Below, piece after piece: positions 46,737 to 57,674 of a stretch of 64,000 nucleotides of DNA. Where the stretch lies: the NCBI GenBank assembly GCA_016432285.1, contig CP066682.1, forward strand, positions 602,274 through 666,273, written 5' to 3'. The DNA is from Candidatus Kaiserbacteria bacterium (GTDB lineage Bacteria > Patescibacteriota > Minisyncoccia > Phycocordibacterales > UBA2100). Under the pieces are notes generated by a model. The model saw only the letters and a program-made list of their open reading frames with translations, had not been told where the DNA came from and did no database searches. How positions within the stretch are numbered: the first letter of the stretch is position 1; every line of letters begins with the position of its first letter. The position numbers and the translations under genes are program-made.

Positions 46737-47268
46737 CGTCGAACTCCTCGACGGACGCATTTCCAATGTGTTGAACAGCAGTTTCTTTAAACAACAGATG
46801 AGCGAGCCTCAATATGCCGGCGTGAGCGACGATAAGAACCGTCTGCCTTTCGTAGCCTTGCTTGATTTCATCCACTACTTTGAGAAACCGCTTCTTAAAA
46901 CCGAGAGCAGATTCGCCGCCAAGCGGACGGTAGTCGTAGTTTTGAGCCTTGTCGAGAGCTTTCAGCTCATCCGCATTCTCAACCTGATCCCACGTCTTCC
47001 CAGAAAGTGAGCCGAAATCGCGCTCCATCAGTTCCTTGCGCAACTCTATGGGGATATTCTTGTCCCTTGAAACGATTTCTGCCGTTTCTCGCGCCCGCTT
47101 GAGTGGTGAAGAAAAAATCACGTCGATTTTCGTCGACGCGAGCACGGCCGCAAGGGCTTCGACTTGACGACGACCTTCGGCGTTCAATGGCTGATCAATA
47201 CGCTGGCCTTGTATGACGCCGGTTGCGTTGGAATCCGTCTGCCCGTGCCTTGCCATCAGTACTTTCAT
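46732..47268 (-). CDS. histidine phosphatase family protein (CobC/PGM-like)
   Basis: [17 protein letters not shown] motif; 178 aa. Confidence 0.7.
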   Translation of the reverse strand: MKVLMARHGQTDSNATGVIQGQRIDQPLNAEGRRQVEALAAVLASTKIDVIFSSPLKRARETAEIVSRDKNIPIELRKELMERDFGSLSGKTWDQVENADELKALDKAQNYDYRPLGGESALGFKKRFLKVVDEIKQGYERQTVLIVAHAGILRLAHLLFKETAVQHIGNASVEEFDV

Positions 47269-48554
47269 GCACTGAAGATATTGCCTGCAAAAACGGCCTT
47301 GGAGCCGAGCTGCTCCTCGATTCGCAGCAGTTCGTTGTACTTGGCGGTGCGGTCGGTACGACTGAGGGAGCCCGTTTTGATCTGTCCGGTGCCGAGCCCC
47401 ACCGCGATGTGCGAGATCGTCGTATCTTCGGTTTCTCCCGAGCGGTGCGAGATCACCGCCTTCCACCCGGCTTTGTGCGCCATGTCCACGGCAGCGATCG
47501 TTTCGGTGAGCGTACCGATCTGGTTGACCTTGATGAGAATCGCATTGGCGGATTTTTCATTGATCGCGCGCTCGAGAAACTTGACGTTGGTCACGAGGAG
47601 GTCGTCGGCCACGAGCTGCAACTTTGCCCCGAGCCGCTCCGTCAGCTTCTTCCAACCGTCCCAATCGTCCTCTGAGAGCCCGTCCTCGATCGACTTGATC
47701 GGATACTTCGCCGAGATCCGCTCATACCACGCAATCATCTCTTCGGGAGAGAATTTCACGTTTTCCATCCGCGAGAGATAGCCTTGTGCTTCCCGCAGCT
47801 CCGACGCCGCCACATCGAGCGCGATGACGACATCTTCGCCGGGCCGGTACCCCGCCTTCTCGATCGCTTCGACAATGAGAGCGAGTGCCTCCTCGTTGCC
47901 GCCCTTTACCGCAGGCGCAAAACCGCCTTCGTCGCCTACCGTGGTGCCGTATCCTTTTTCGTGGAGCACTTTTTTGAGCGAGTGGAATACTTCCGTACTC
48001 GCGCGAATCCCCTCCCGAAAGGTGGGGGAGCCGACAGGCTGGACCATGAATTCCTGCACGTCGGTCGACTGCCAGCTCGTATGCGCGCCGCCGTTGAGGA
48101 TGTTGCACATCGGGAGCGGCAGCAGCGGCTCGCGCGGCGCACCTGAGAGCGCACCGATGTATTCGTACAGTGGAATCTTTTTGGAGCGTGCGGCGGCGTG
48201 GGCGGCGGCGAGCGAGACGGCGATGATCGCATTGGCACCGATGCGCGACTTATTTTCCGTGCCATCGAGTGCGATCATCGCCTCGTCGACACCCTTTTGA
48301 TTGAATACGTCTTTACCCGCCAGCGTCTTTTGGATTTCTGTATTCGTGTTTTCAACAGCGTGCAAAACACCTTTGCCCCCGTAGCGTTTCTTGTCGCCGT
48401 CACGTAGCTCGTGCGCTTCATGGGAGCCGGTCGAGGCCCCGGAAGGCGCTATCGCGCGCCCGAGCGTGCCATCTTCGAGCAGCACGTCGGCTTCAACGGT
48501 CGGATTCCCTCGCGAATCCAACACCTCGCGCGCGTGAACCGATTTGATTTTCAT
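47265..48554 (-). CDS. eno: enolase
   Basis: 429 aa; [22 protein letters not shown]-terminus and full enolase body. Confidence 0.9.
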   Translation of the reverse strand: MKIKSVHAREVLDSRGNPTVEADVLLEDGTLGRAIAPSGASTGSHEAHELRDGDKKRYGGKGVLHAVENTNTEIQKTLAGKDVFNQKGVDEAMIALDGTENKSRIGANAIIAVSLAAAHAAARSKKIPLYEYIGALSGAPREPLLPLPMCNILNGGAHTSWQSTDVQEFMVQPVGSPTFREGIRASTEVFHSLKKVLHEKGYGTTVGDEGGFAPAVKGGNEEALALIVEAIEKAGYRPGEDVVIALDVAASELREAQGYLSRMENVKFSPEEMIAWYERISAKYPIKSIEDGLSEDDWDGWKKLTERLGAKLQLVADDLLVTNVKFLERAINEKSANAILIKVNQIGTLTETIAAVDMAHKAGWKAVISHRSGETEDTTISHIAVGLGTGQIKTGSLSRTDRTAKYNELLRIEEQLGSKAVFAGNIFSA

Positions 48555-48618
48555 ACCACAGTATACCCGAGCGCGGAGAATCCACCTGCCGCGATATTGC
48601 GCAAAAAGCCCCGCTCGC

Positions 48619-48624
48619 GTATAG
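48619..48624 (+). promoter_or_regulatory. -10-like TATAGT 12 nt upstream of rpmG ATG (short or absent leader)
   Basis: no SD. Confidence 0.35.
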
Positions 48625-48636
48625 TACGGCCCACAT

Positions 48637-48795
48637 ATGTCGCAAGATCAACTGATAAAACTCGCCTGCACGAAGTGTTCGCGCACCAACTATTGGTCGC
48701 GCAAGAACAAGAAGCTCGTGGAGCGCAAAATTGAGCTCAAGAAATTCTGCAAATGGTGCAGAGCGCAGACTCCGCACAAAGAAACGAAGAAGTAG
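48637..48795 (+). CDS. rpmG: 50S ribosomal protein L33
   Basis: 52 aa; CxxC...CxxC zinc ribbon; KNKxxNxERxELKKFC motif. Confidence 0.85.
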   Translation: MSQDQLIKLACTKCSRTNYWSRKNKKLVERKIELKKFCKWCRAQTPHKETKK

Positions 48796-48831
48796 ATGGG
48801 CCTACACCCGTGCGCTATACTCAGCGGCACT

Positions 48832-48902
48832 GGGCGATTAGTTTAGTGGTAAAACTGCCGTCTCCAAAACGGCTGTCGGGGGTTCGATTCCCTCATCGCC
48901 CG
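48832..48902 (+). tRNA. tRNA-Trp (anticodon CCA)
   Basis: GGGCGAT/ATCGCCC acceptor, anticodon loop CTCCAAA, GGGGG-TTCGATT-CCCTC T-arm. Confidence 0.8.
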
Positions 48903-49298
48903 CTAGCAGATCTTGTTCCAGGGGCCGAGCTCGGCGCCGGTAAATACGCGCATGATCGTGTCGACAATCAGCCACGCCGCGAGAAGCAGCGCGAGGCCGA
49001 TGAAGACGTTCATGAATATCTCCTTGCCTTTGGTCTTGCCGCCCTCGCCGCCCGCCGTCATGTACGTCCAGCCCGCGTACGCGAAGAGCACTGCCGAAAT
49101 GAAGATCGCGATGTAGATGCCTGCGTTGAGGATATTTTGCGCCGACTTCGCGAGATCGCAGATGCCGCACGGCGGCTGCCCCGTGTTGCCGCATTCGACC
49201 AGCGTCGGGATTACGTTTTGCGCGGAGGCAGCGTAGGGGAAAACGACGAACGAAGCGAGCAGGAGCGTGAGGAGCGCAACGCGGACGCTTTGTACCAT
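48903..49298 (-). CDS. pilin-like small membrane protein (signal peptide plus two TM helices), paralog of the 59.3-61.3 kb array
   Basis: 131 aa from MVQSV; same layout as the array (TM1, charged GGEGGKTKGKE loop, TM2 with AAWLIV); stop codon abuts tRNA-Trp 3' end. Confidence 0.5.
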   Translation of the reverse strand: MVQSVRVALLTLLLASFVVFPYAASAQNVIPTLVECGNTGQPPCGICDLAKSAQNILNAGIYIAIFISAVLFAYAGWTYMTAGGEGGKTKGKEIFMNVFIGLALLLAAWLIVDTIMRVFTGAELGPWNKIC

Positions 49299-49344
49299 GC
49301 GAAATATTGTAGCACGCTGCGAAATACGGCATACTGGGCCAGTC

Positions 49345-49427
49345 GCACCGGTGGTAGAGCGGTCAATTACAACGCGCTGTAGACGCGTCGCCTTCGGGCT
49401 ACGGGGGTTCGAATCCCTCCCGGTGCA
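49345..49427 (+). tRNA. tRNA-Tyr (anticodon GTA), long variable arm
   Basis: GCACCGG/CCGGTGC acceptor, anticodon loop CTGTAGA, variable arm CGCCTTCGGGCTAC, GGGGG-TTCGAAT-CCCTC T-arm. Confidence 0.8.
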
Positions 49428-49429
49428 CA

Positions 49430-49906
49430 ATGAGAATCCGATTCCAGATGCGGTACTGGTGGAATCGAATGTTTTGGTTTGCCGCCCGCCCCATCCGCAG
49501 CGTGTATGCGTTCGTATTTAGGCCGCGGCGAAGAACCGCAAAGATTTTGATAAGAAGCGACAATAATATACTTCTCGTACGACCAAACTATGGGCACCGC
49601 AAGTGGACACTCCCCGGTGGCAAAGTGGAGGGCCGAGAATCATACGAGGATGCCGCTCACCGCGAGGTGCTCGAGGAAACGGGACTTCAGCTACGGTTCG
49701 TGAGGGCAATAGGACGGCATGAAAATATCTGGGAGAATTATCGCAACACTGTTGAATATTTTCTCGCAGCGCCCGCCAGTATCGATCCGGTCGTCGATGG
49801 GATAGAAATCAAAGAAGCCGGGTGGTTTCCGATGGATGTGCTGCCATCCGACCGATCAGCAGGCGTCGATCGCTGTTTGCAAATGTATAAACAAACGCCG
49901 CCTTAA
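49430..49906 (+). CDS. NUDIX hydrolase
   Basis: [24 protein letters not shown] Nudix box; ORF begins 2 nt after tRNA-Tyr so the true start is probably an internal Met (49451 or 49469). Confidence 0.75.
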   Translation: MRIRFQMRYWWNRMFWFAARPIRSVYAFVFRPRRRTAKILIRSDNNILLVRPNYGHRKWTLPGGKVEGRESYEDAAHREVLEETGLQLRFVRAIGRHENIWENYRNTVEYFLAAPASIDPVVDGIEIKEAGWFPMDVLPSDRSAGVDRCLQMYKQTPP

Positions 49907-52587
49907 ACACGCGCGGCGGCGCGAGCGCGAGCGCCGCGAGCGCGCTCGGGGCCCTTGCGGACATCAAACGTAAATTCGTCGCCTTTGAAATCCACGGATA
50001 CGGATCCGCCCTCCATCACGCCACGGGCGACCATCATGTTGGCGATCGGCGTCATGATCTTCGTTTGTATGAGGCGCTTCAGCGGGCGGGCGCCGTACTG
50101 CGGGTTGTAGCCTTCTTTTGCGAGATGTTCGAGCGCCAGCTGCGAAAGCGAGAGCGTGATGCGCTTGTCCTCGAGGCGCTTTGCGACGATGTCCACCTGC
50201 ATGCGCACGATCTCCTCGATCGCCTGCTGCGCGAGAATGTTGAAGAGAATAATCTCGTCGAGGCGGTTGAGGAACTCGGGGCGGAAGAACTCCTTCAGCG
50301 AATCCATCACCTTCCCCTTCACCTGTTCGTAGCGCTCGTCGTTGGTGACCGAGTGCCCGCTCGTAAATCCGAGGCCCGACATCTTGTCGATGTGCTCGGC
50401 GCCGATGTTCGAGGTCATGATGATGACGCTGTTTTTAAAATTGACTGTCCTCCCCTTCGCGTCGGTAAGGCGTCCGTTGTCGAGGACTTGGAGCAGGATG
50501 TTGAAGACCTCCGGATGCGCCTTTTCGATCTCGTCGAAGAGGATCACGGAATACGGGCGGTGCCGCACGAGCTCGGTCAGCCCGCCGCCTTCGTCGTAGC
50601 CGACGTATCCGGGCGGAGAGCCGATCATCTTGGAGACGGAGTGTTTCTCCATGTACTCCGACATATCGACGCGGATCAGCGCCTTTTCGCTGTTGAAAAG
50701 AAATTCGGCGAGGGCGCGCGTGAGCTCCGTCTTCCCCACGCCAGTCGGGCCAAGGAAAAGAAATGAGCCGACGGGGCGGTTCGGGTCCGCAATGCCGGCG
50801 CGCGATCTCTTGATCGCATCCGCCACCTTCTGCACTGCTTCGTCCTGACCGACGATGCGCTTTTTAAGCTCTTCGTCCATGCGGGAGAGCTTTTCGGCCT
50901 CCTCCTCGAGCATGCGGGAGACAGGCACGCCGGTCCAGCGTGAGACGACGGCGGCAATGTCTTCTTCGGTGATCTCCTCCCTCAAGACGCGGCGCGTCTG
51001 CTGGAGCTTTTTGAGGCGCTTCGTGGAGGCATCGATCGCGCGCTCGAGCGCGGGCATCCGGCCGTACCGGATTTCTGCGGTCTTCGTGAGATCGGCCGCG
51101 TTCTCCGCTGCATCCGCTTCGACACGAGCGCGCTCAAGCTCGCTCTTGGCGTTTTTGATCTCCGTGAGCGTCTCTTTTTCGTTTTTCCACTTCAGTTCGA
51201 GCTCATGCGTGGAGTCTTTGAGATCGGCGATCTCCTTCTCGATCGATTTTACACGCGAGCGGGCCTTGCCCTCCCCCGCTTCCGCCTCTTTTTTGAGGGC
51301 CTCGCGCTCAATCTCAAGCCGCGTGATCTTGCGGTGGGCCTCTTCGAGCTGCGGTGGTTTGTTCTCGAGTGAAAGACGAAGCGCGGATGCGGCTTCGTCG
51401 ATGAGGTCGATCGCCTTGTCGGGAAGGAAGCGCTCCGTGATGTAACGAGAAGAAAGCTGCACCGCCGACACGATCGCGTCGTCGGTGATCTGGACTCCGT
51501 GATAGAGCTCGTACCGCTCCTTGAGACCGCGCAAGATCGCCACCGCATCGTCAACCGAGGGTTCGTTGACATAGACCGGCTGGAAGCGACGCGTCAGCGC
51601 GGGATCATGCTCGATGTGCTTCTGGTACTCCTTCAGCGTGGTGGCGCCGATGACGCGGATTTCTCCGCGCGCGAGCGCCGGTTTTAGCATGTTGGAAGCG
51701 TCCATGGAGCCTTCGGCCGCACCCGCACCCACGAGCGTGTGCATTTCATCGATAAAAAGAATGATCTTGCCTTCGCTGCGCTCGACTTCTTTCATGACAG
51801 CCTTCAAGCGCTCTTCAAACTCGCCGCGGTACTTCGTGCCAGCGATTAAAAGCCCGAGGTCGAGCTGCACGACTTCCTTGCCGCGAAGCGACTCCGGCAC
51901 GTCGCCCGAGGCGACGCGCTGCGCGAGACCCTCGGCGACGGCTGTTTTGCCGACGCCCGCCTCTCCGATCAGGACCGGATTGTTTTTGGTGCGGCGGCTG
52001 AGGATTTGAATGACACGCGTGATCTCTGTGTCGCGGCCGATCACCGGATCGAGCTTGTTTTCGCGGGCGCGATCGGTGAGGCTCCGGGCGAAGCGCGTGA
52101 GTGCGCGCGGCTTTTTGGGCTCGTCCGCATCGCGAATCTTCCCTTCTTTGATATCCGAGAGCACGCGCGCGAGAGCAGCACGGTCGATGCGGAAGCGCGC
52201 GATCACATCGGACGCGGGGCCCGGATGCTCGGTTACGCCAAGGAGGAGGTGCTCCGGAGAGACGAACTGATCGTTGAAGGATGCGGCGATGCGCGGCGCG
52301 GCTTCAAAGACGCGCACTAGCTCCGGCGTGAGGTAGAGCTGGAACGACGGCGAGACGGCGGTGTTGCCCGAAGTGCCCTCGATGAGCTCCAAAACGGAGT
52401 CCGTGAGGTGCGCGGCGTCGATTTCCACCTGCTCCAGCATGGGGATGACCATCGATTCTTCCTGCGTGAGGAGCGCCGCAAGGAGGTGCAGCGTCGAGAC
52501 CTGATTGTGGCCGCGCTCCACCGCGAGCTGGTGCGCGCGATGGATCGCTTCCTTTGCCTTTGTCGTGTAATTGTTGAATGGTGTCAT
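49903..52587 (-). CDS. clpB: ATP-dependent chaperone ClpB
   Basis: 894 aa; two AAA+ modules (GEAGVGKT and GPTGVGKT Walker A) and middle coiled-coil. Confidence 0.9.
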   Translation of the reverse strand: MTPFNNYTTKAKEAIHRAHQLAVERGHNQVSTLHLLAALLTQEESMVIPMLEQVEIDAAHLTDSVLELIEGTSGNTAVSPSFQLYLTPELVRVFEAAPRIAASFNDQFVSPEHLLLGVTEHPGPASDVIARFRIDRAALARVLSDIKEGKIRDADEPKKPRALTRFARSLTDRARENKLDPVIGRDTEITRVIQILSRRTKNNPVLIGEAGVGKTAVAEGLAQRVASGDVPESLRGKEVVQLDLGLLIAGTKYRGEFEERLKAVMKEVERSEGKIILFIDEMHTLVGAGAAEGSMDASNMLKPALARGEIRVIGATTLKEYQKHIEHDPALTRRFQPVYVNEPSVDDAVAILRGLKERYELYHGVQITDDAIVSAVQLSSRYITERFLPDKAIDLIDEAASALRLSLENKPPQLEEAHRKITRLEIEREALKKEAEAGEGKARSRVKSIEKEIADLKDSTHELELKWKNEKETLTEIKNAKSELERARVEADAAENAADLTKTAEIRYGRMPALERAIDASTKRLKKLQQTRRVLREEITEEDIAAVVSRWTGVPVSRMLEEEAEKLSRMDEELKKRIVGQDEAVQKVADAIKRSRAGIADPNRPVGSFLFLGPTGVGKTELTRALAEFLFNSEKALIRVDMSEYMEKHSVSKMIGSPPGYVGYDEGGGLTELVRHRPYSVILFDEIEKAHPEVFNILLQVLDNGRLTDAKGRTVNFKNSVIIMTSNIGAEHIDKMSGLGFTSGHSVTNDERYEQVKGKVMDSLKEFFRPEFLNRLDEIILFNILAQQAIEEIVRMQVDIVAKRLEDKRITLSLSQLALEHLAKEGYNPQYGARPLKRLIQTKIMTPIANMMVARGVMEGGSVSVDFKGDEFTFDVRKGPERARGARARAAARV

Positions 52588-52713
52588 GTTGTTTTGAGCC
52601 CGGTCGAGACCGAACTGGTATCCCGTCTACACAATCGGGATTGCTGCTATCAGCTTACAGCATGGAAAACCGAATTTCAAATTGCGATGAACTGCGCCCT
52701 GCTTTTTTCTCTG

Positions 52714-53541
52714 CTACCGCTCCGAAGCGGCTTCGCTCGTATCGGGAAAGAGGGCGGCTACCGACAGAAAGCCCGTAGGTGAAGACGCGCGGGAGATCTC
52801 TGTGCTTACACCAACCACGTTGCCGTCGATGTTGATAAGCGGGCTTCCGCGCATCACCGCATCATCATTCACGTTGGTGTCGAGCACATCAGCGGTGCCC
52901 TGACGGGCGGCGATGAGCGCCGTTACGATACCGTCTTCGATGCGGGCGACTGTTTTGCCGGAAAGGACGATGACGGTGGCGCCAAGCACGGGCCGCGCAG
53001 CCGCGAGTGACGCCGGCTTCCACGAAATGGGCTTCTGCACATCGCCCACCGTGGTACTCGTCGCGGCCTGCAAAAACGCGAGACCGTTGCCGTTGTCGCG
53101 CGCGGTTACGATAGCGCGCACGCGCGTGCCGTCCGGCAAGGCAACGTTGGCGTCGCCGGAATCCCCCAGCGCGAGCGTGTCGGCGACGAGCGTGCCCGAG
53201 GCGTTCAAGACCACCGCAAGCCCCAAAAAGACGGGGCTCTCCGGATCACGCGTGTAGAGGCGCGCTATGCTCGGCGAGACCTTCTCGACAGCCGCCGCCA
53301 CGAGGTCGGACTCTTTCACGACAACCGTTTTTTCCTGCGTAACGACAGTCGAGGCGGCTTGCCCCTGCGGCACAACCTTTTCGACGGTGCGTTCGATGAT
53401 GCGATTGACCGTCTGCGCGATGGCGGGCGGCGCCTGGTCCATGAGCGAGACGGTTACGATGCCGGTCGCAATCGAGGTGACGAAACTGACGAGGAGCGTG
53501 AGGAGCACGATCTGACCTTTCGAGAGATGCTCAAGATCCAT
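52714..53541 (-). CDS. membrane-anchored protein with degenerate trypsin/HtrA-like domain
   Basis: TM anchor; GSPLINIDGNVVGV resembles the HtrA GNSGGPLxNxxGxVIGI Ser-site region but lacks the GG. Confidence 0.4.
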   Translation of the reverse strand: MDLEHLSKGQIVLLTLLVSFVTSIATGIVTVSLMDQAPPAIAQTVNRIIERTVEKVVPQGQAASTVVTQEKTVVVKESDLVAAAVEKVSPSIARLYTRDPESPVFLGLAVVLNASGTLVADTLALGDSGDANVALPDGTRVRAIVTARDNGNGLAFLQAATSTTVGDVQKPISWKPASLAAARPVLGATVIVLSGKTVARIEDGIVTALIAARQGTADVLDTNVNDDAVMRGSPLINIDGNVVGVSTEISRASSPTGFLSVAALFPDTSEAASER

Positions 53542-53557
53542 ACGTAGCGCTACTGTA

Positions 53558-54739
53558 TCACTTTTTGGAAATGGCGGCGACAGCGGAAAAAGCGCTGATA
53601 ATTCGGGGCAGATCTGATGCGCTCACCCCGGCTCCGAGCGAGATGCGCAAAGTATTCGAGGCCCGCCACGTGGGCCCGCCAAGCGCTTCCACCACGTGCG
53701 AGCGATCCTGCCCCTCCTTGCACGCGCTCTTGGTGGAAACCGCGATTCCCTGCCGATCAAGCGCGAGCGCGAAATACTCGCTGGAAACTTCGGGAATCGA
53801 GAGATTCAATATATGCGGCAGCCCGGCCGCAAGATCGCCATTCACCAGCGTACCGGGCAGGCTCTCCAAGATTCCCTTCGCGAGGTCCGATCGGATTTTT
53901 AAAAGACGACGCGACTCCTCTTCGCGCACCCGCACCATATCTTCGAAGGCGGCGGCAAAACCGGCGGCGAGGGCCACGCCCTCCGTGCCCGGACGCATTC
54001 CGCGCTCTTGGGAGCCGCCGAAGATCGCAGGAGAGAGATCGACGCGCGAGCGATTTACGAGCGCACCGATGCCGTGCGGACCCCGGAGCTTGTTGGAGCC
54101 GAGCGTGAGGAGGTCGACGCCGAGGCTTGAAACAAGCGTCGGCAGGTAGAGAGGTGCCTGCCCGGCGTCGGAGTGAAAAACTATTTTCGAAGTACGATCG
54201 TGATCGAAATCGCGAATCGCACGCGCGATGTCCGCAAGCGGCTGCACGACTCCGATTTCGCCGTTGGCCCATCCCACGGATACGAACACGGTCTCCGGCC
54301 GCAAAGCCGCGGCGACACGCGCTGGTGCTACGATCCCGCGATCGTCCGGCGCAAGATGGGTCACGCGTCCGCCCATGCGCTCGATCTCGGAAAAGCTCTC
54401 GAGCACCGAGGAATGTTCGATGATGGTGCTGATCCAGTGCGTGCCCTCAAGCCCTCTCCTCGTCCGCTCGAATGCGCGGGCGAAGCCGACAATCGCGAGC
54501 GCGTTGCCTTCTGAAAGGCCGGAGGTGAAGACGACTTCGCGCGACTTGCATCCGATCAGCAGCGCGATTCTCTCCCGCGAAGCCTCAAGACTCGCTTTTG
54601 CGGCGACGGCTTCCGCGTGGAGCCCTCCGGGGTTTCCCTCAAGCATCTCTGCTGCACGCATCGCGCGAATTGCCGCCTCGCTGACGGGCGGCGCGCTCGC
54701 GTAATCGAGATAGATCCGTTTCTTGAACCATCGCATGCC
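53558..54739 (-). CDS. cysteine desulfurase (class V aminotransferase, IscS/NifS-like)
   Basis: LDYASAPP N-terminus, SxHKxxGPxGIGAL PLP-Lys region, C-terminal active-site Cys loop. Confidence 0.85.
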   Translation of the reverse strand, partial: GMRWFKKRIYLDYASAPPVSEAAIRAMRAAEMLEGNPGGLHAEAVAAKASLEASRERIALLIGCKSREVVFTSGLSEGNALAIVGFARAFERTRRGLEGTHWISTIIEHSSVLESFSEIERMGGRVTHLAPDDRGIVAPARVAAALRPETVFVSVGWANGEIGVVQPLADIARAIRDFDHDRTSKIVFHSDAGQAPLYLPTLVSSLGVDLLTLGSNKLRGPHGIGALVNRSRVDLSPAIFGGSQERGMRPGTEGVALAAGFAAAFEDMVRVREEESRRLLKIRSDLAKGILESLPGTLVNGDLAAGLPHILNLSIPEVSSEYFALALDRQGIAVSTKSACKEGQDRSHVVEALGGPTWRASNTLRISLGAGVSASDLPRIISAFSAVAAISKK

Positions 54740-54827
54740 GCCTAGTCTATGCTGCAAAATGCTTTTGCAAAAGCATTTTTTGGCGAGTATACTCACGCCA
54801 TTCTTACCGCTATGCCGCACCCCGCGT

Positions 54828-56330
54828 ATGAACGCCACCAAGCACACAGAGGAACGTCCACCGATCGTGGTCGTCATGGGGCACGTGGATCACGGTAAAT
54901 CCACGCTCCTCGATTTCATCCGCAAATCAAATACAGTCGCCAAGGAAGCCGGCGGCATCACGCAGCACGTTGCCGCCTACGAGGTGGAACGCGAGAAGGA
55001 AGGGCAGAAGCGGCGCATCACCTTCATCGACACTCCCGGGCACGCAGCGTTTGCGGCGATCAGGGCGCGCGGCGCCAACGTGGCCGATATCGCGATTCTC
55101 GTAGTGGCCGCCGACGACGGCGTGAAGGCGCAGACGCTTGAAGCCCTCCAGCAGATCCGCGATGCCAAGATCCCCTTCGTGGTGGCCATCAACAAAATCG
55201 ACAAACCGAACGCCGACCTCAACCGCACGCAAGCCTCTCTCATGGAAAAGGAGGTCTACCTCGAGAAGCTGGGCGGCGACGTGCCGTGGGCGGCGATCTC
55301 GGCGAAGACCGGGGCGGGCGTCGAGGGGCTGCTTGACCTCATTCTGATCGTGGCCGAGCTCCATGAATTGAAGGGCAGCCCCAGCGCTGACGCAGAGGGC
55401 TACGTGATCGAAGCGCACCGCGACCAAAAGCGCGGCCTCGCAGCCACGCTCGTGATCCGCAACGGGCACCTCCGAGGCGGCATGGCGGTGCTCGCCGGAA
55501 GGGCGATAGCGCCGGTGCGCATCCTCGAAGCGACGACCGGCAAGACGCTTCGCGATGCGACATTCTCCACGCCAGTGCAGCTCGTCGGCTTTGACGAGCT
55601 GCCGCGGGTAGGCGAAGCCTTCAAGGCGTACAAGAACAAAAAAGAGGCGGAGGCGGCCCGTCCGAAGCCGGAGGCCCCGGTCAATCGCGCGCCGCAGGCC
55701 GCTCCCGAAGACGAGGAAGGGCACTTTGCCATGCCGGTCATCGTGCGCGCTGACACCACCGGCTCGCTCGAGGCGATCACGCACGAAGTAGTTACCATCG
55801 GCGATGAGAAGGATTACGTTTCGATCGTCCAGTCGGGCATCGGCACGATCTCCGAAAGCGACGTGAAAGCTGCGCTCGCCGGCCGCAACCCGGCGGTCGT
55901 GATCGGCTTCAACGTCGGCGTTGACGAGGTGGCCAAGGAGTTTGCGCGACAGCACGGCCTTCGGATCGAGCTTTTCGACATCATCTACAAACTCACCGAG
56001 CGTCTCGCCGAGCTCCTGAAAGAAACCCGGCCACGCCGAGAAGTGGAACAGGTATTCGGCCGTGCGAAAGTCTTGAAGCAATTCAGCAGCCGCAAGGACC
56101 TCCACGTGATTGGCGGCAAGGTGGCCGAAGGCTATTTGCAACGCGGCACCTCGGTGCGCGCCCTGCGGCGCGGCGTCGTGGTAGGCGTCGGCAAAATCCA
56201 AAACATGCAGGCCAACAAGCAGGACGTGAACCGAGTCGAAACGGGCGGCGAGTTCGGCGCGCAGGTGGAGAGCGCCTTCGAGATCATGGAGGGCGATTCG
56301 CTCGAATGTTTTTCGGTCACGATGGCGTAG
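54828..56330 (+). CDS. infB: translation initiation factor IF-2, short form
   Basis: [17 protein letters not shown]1, DTPGH G3, NKID G4; no long N-terminal domain. Confidence 0.9.
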   Translation: MNATKHTEERPPIVVVMGHVDHGKSTLLDFIRKSNTVAKEAGGITQHVAAYEVEREKEGQKRRITFIDTPGHAAFAAIRARGANVADIAILVVAADDGVKAQTLEALQQIRDAKIPFVVAINKIDKPNADLNRTQASLMEKEVYLEKLGGDVPWAAISAKTGAGVEGLLDLILIVAELHELKGSPSADAEGYVIEAHRDQKRGLAATLVIRNGHLRGGMAVLAGRAIAPVRILEATTGKTLRDATFSTPVQLVGFDELPRVGEAFKAYKNKKEAEAARPKPEAPVNRAPQAAPEDEEGHFAMPVIVRADTTGSLEAITHEVVTIGDEKDYVSIVQSGIGTISESDVKAALAGRNPAVVIGFNVGVDEVAKEFARQHGLRIELFDIIYKLTERLAELLKETRPRREVEQVFGRAKVLKQFSSRKDLHVIGGKVAEGYLQRGTSVRALRRGVVVGVGKIQNMQANKQDVNRVETGGEFGAQVESAFEIMEGDSLECFSVTMA

Positions 56331-56332
56331 GT

Positions 56333-56656
56333 ATGTCTTCCCGACGGGAAATACAAGTGGCGGAGACGCTCCAGCATCTTGCGGGAGAGTATTTCGTGCG
56401 GGAGTCCAATCGCGAATCGCTCATGACGATCACGCGCGCCGAGATCGCGCCGAACTTGAAGAGCATAACGATTTTTTTCTCGGTGTTGCCGGAGAACTTT
56501 GAGGAGAAGGTGCTCGATTTCGCCAAACGATCACGCAGCGACTTTCGCGAATACGTCAAAAAGCACAGCTTTCTGCATCCGGTGCCGATGATCGACTTCG
56601 AGATCGACTACGGTGAGAAGAACCGTCAGCGCATCGACGACCTTACGCGCTCCTAA
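56333..56656 (+). CDS. rbfA: ribosome-binding factor A
   Basis: 108 aa directly after infB; KH-like RbfA fold motifs (LMTITRAEIAPNLKSITIFFSVL). Confidence 0.8.
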   Translation: MSSRREIQVAETLQHLAGEYFVRESNRESLMTITRAEIAPNLKSITIFFSVLPENFEEKVLDFAKRSRSDFREYVKKHSFLHPVPMIDFEIDYGEKNRQRIDDLTRS

Positions 56657-56699
56657 AGCCCGCCCGAATATCGGAGAGGGATGATATATTGAGCGCGTC

Positions 56700-56772
56700 G
56701 GCCACATGGCGAAGTAGCAACGCGGCGGTCTGCAAAACCGCTACTGGGTGGGTGCAACTCCCACTGTGGCCT
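56700..56772 (+). tRNA. tRNA-Cys-like cloverleaf (anticodon GCA, U73 discriminator) with atypical D and T loops
   Basis: GGCCACA/TGTGGCC acceptor, GCGGT-CTGCAAA-ACCGC anticodon arm, GTGGG-TGCAACT-CCCAC T-arm (TGC not TTC), D-loop lacks GG; ends 1 nt before the methyltransferase ATG. Confidence 0.45.
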
Positions 56773-56773
56773 C

Positions 56774-57577
56774 ATGAAAAAAAGGATCAATGATCTTGAT
56801 CTTTCAAAGTGGAAAAAGTACGAGGATCTCTGGACCGACAGTCTCTGGATGATCGACGCGCGCGACCGAAGCGGCGCGCACACCAACACTTACCACGGCA
56901 ATTTCGTGCCCCAGATCCCCCACCAGCTGATGCGCCGCTTCACCAAAAGGGGCGACGTGGTGCTCGACGGCTTCCTCGGCAGCGGTACGACGCTGATCGA
57001 AGCGAAACGCCTCGGGAGGTGCGGCATCGGCGTGGAGCTTCTGCCGCAGGTCGCGAATCGCGCCAAGAAGAATGTGCAGGCACAGGAAGGCGCGGGAAAG
57101 AGTGAAATTGTCGTCGCCGATAGCACGACGAAAAAAGCACACGCAGGAGTGGCGACGGCACTCAAGAGTATGAGGAAAAAATCTGCGCAGCTCCTGCTAC
57201 TGCACCCGCCGTATCACGACATCATCAAGTTCAGCAGCAAAAGGGGGGATTTGAGCAACGCAACGACCGTCGAGGAATTCACGCGGCGCTTCGGCGATGT
57301 GGTCGCCAATCTCTGCCCCTTCCTCGCAAAAGGCGGACATGTGGCGGTGGTGATCGGCGACAAGTACTCAAACAGCGAGTGGGTGCCGCTCGGCTTCTAT
57401 CTCTTGCAGGAGACGCTGAAGCGCGATCCATCGCTCAGGCTGAAGAGCGTGATCATCAAAAATATGGCGGGCAATCGCGCGAAGCAGAATCAGGGGCGCC
57501 TGTGGCGCTACCGCGCCCTCAAGGGCGGGTACTATATTTTTAAGCACGAGTACGTACTCCTTTTCAAAAAAAGCTGA
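56774..57577 (+). CDS. SAM-dependent N6/N4 DNA methyltransferase-like protein (FxGxGTT then HPPY motifs)
   Basis: LDGFLGSGTT (motif I) then LLLHPPYHDI ((D/N/S)PPY-type motif IV); no restriction partner nearby. Confidence 0.65.
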   Translation: MKKRINDLDLSKWKKYEDLWTDSLWMIDARDRSGAHTNTYHGNFVPQIPHQLMRRFTKRGDVVLDGFLGSGTTLIEAKRLGRCGIGVELLPQVANRAKKNVQAQEGAGKSEIVVADSTTKKAHAGVATALKSMRKKSAQLLLLHPPYHDIIKFSSKRGDLSNATTVEEFTRRFGDVVANLCPFLAKGGHVAVVIGDKYSNSEWVPLGFYLLQETLKRDPSLRLKSVIIKNMAGNRAKQNQGRLWRYRALKGGYYIFKHEYVLLFKKS

Positions 57578-57591
57578 TAGAGTATCCGCAC

Positions 57592-57674
57592 GCCGGGGTG
57601 GCGAAATTGGTCATACGCGCGCGACTTAAGATCGCGTTCCGCAAGGAGTGTGGGTTCGAGTCCCACCCCCGGCA
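57592..57674 (+). tRNA. tRNA-Leu (anticodon TAA)
   Basis: GCCGGGG/CCCCGGC acceptor, anticodon loop CTTAAGA, long variable arm, GTGGG-TTCGAGT-CCCAC. Confidence 0.8.

Noticed and set aside
57592-57674. Group I intron in tRNA-Leu(TAA)
   Set aside because: The anticodon stem-loop is continuous (CGCGA-CTTAAGA-TCGCG), so there is no insertion.
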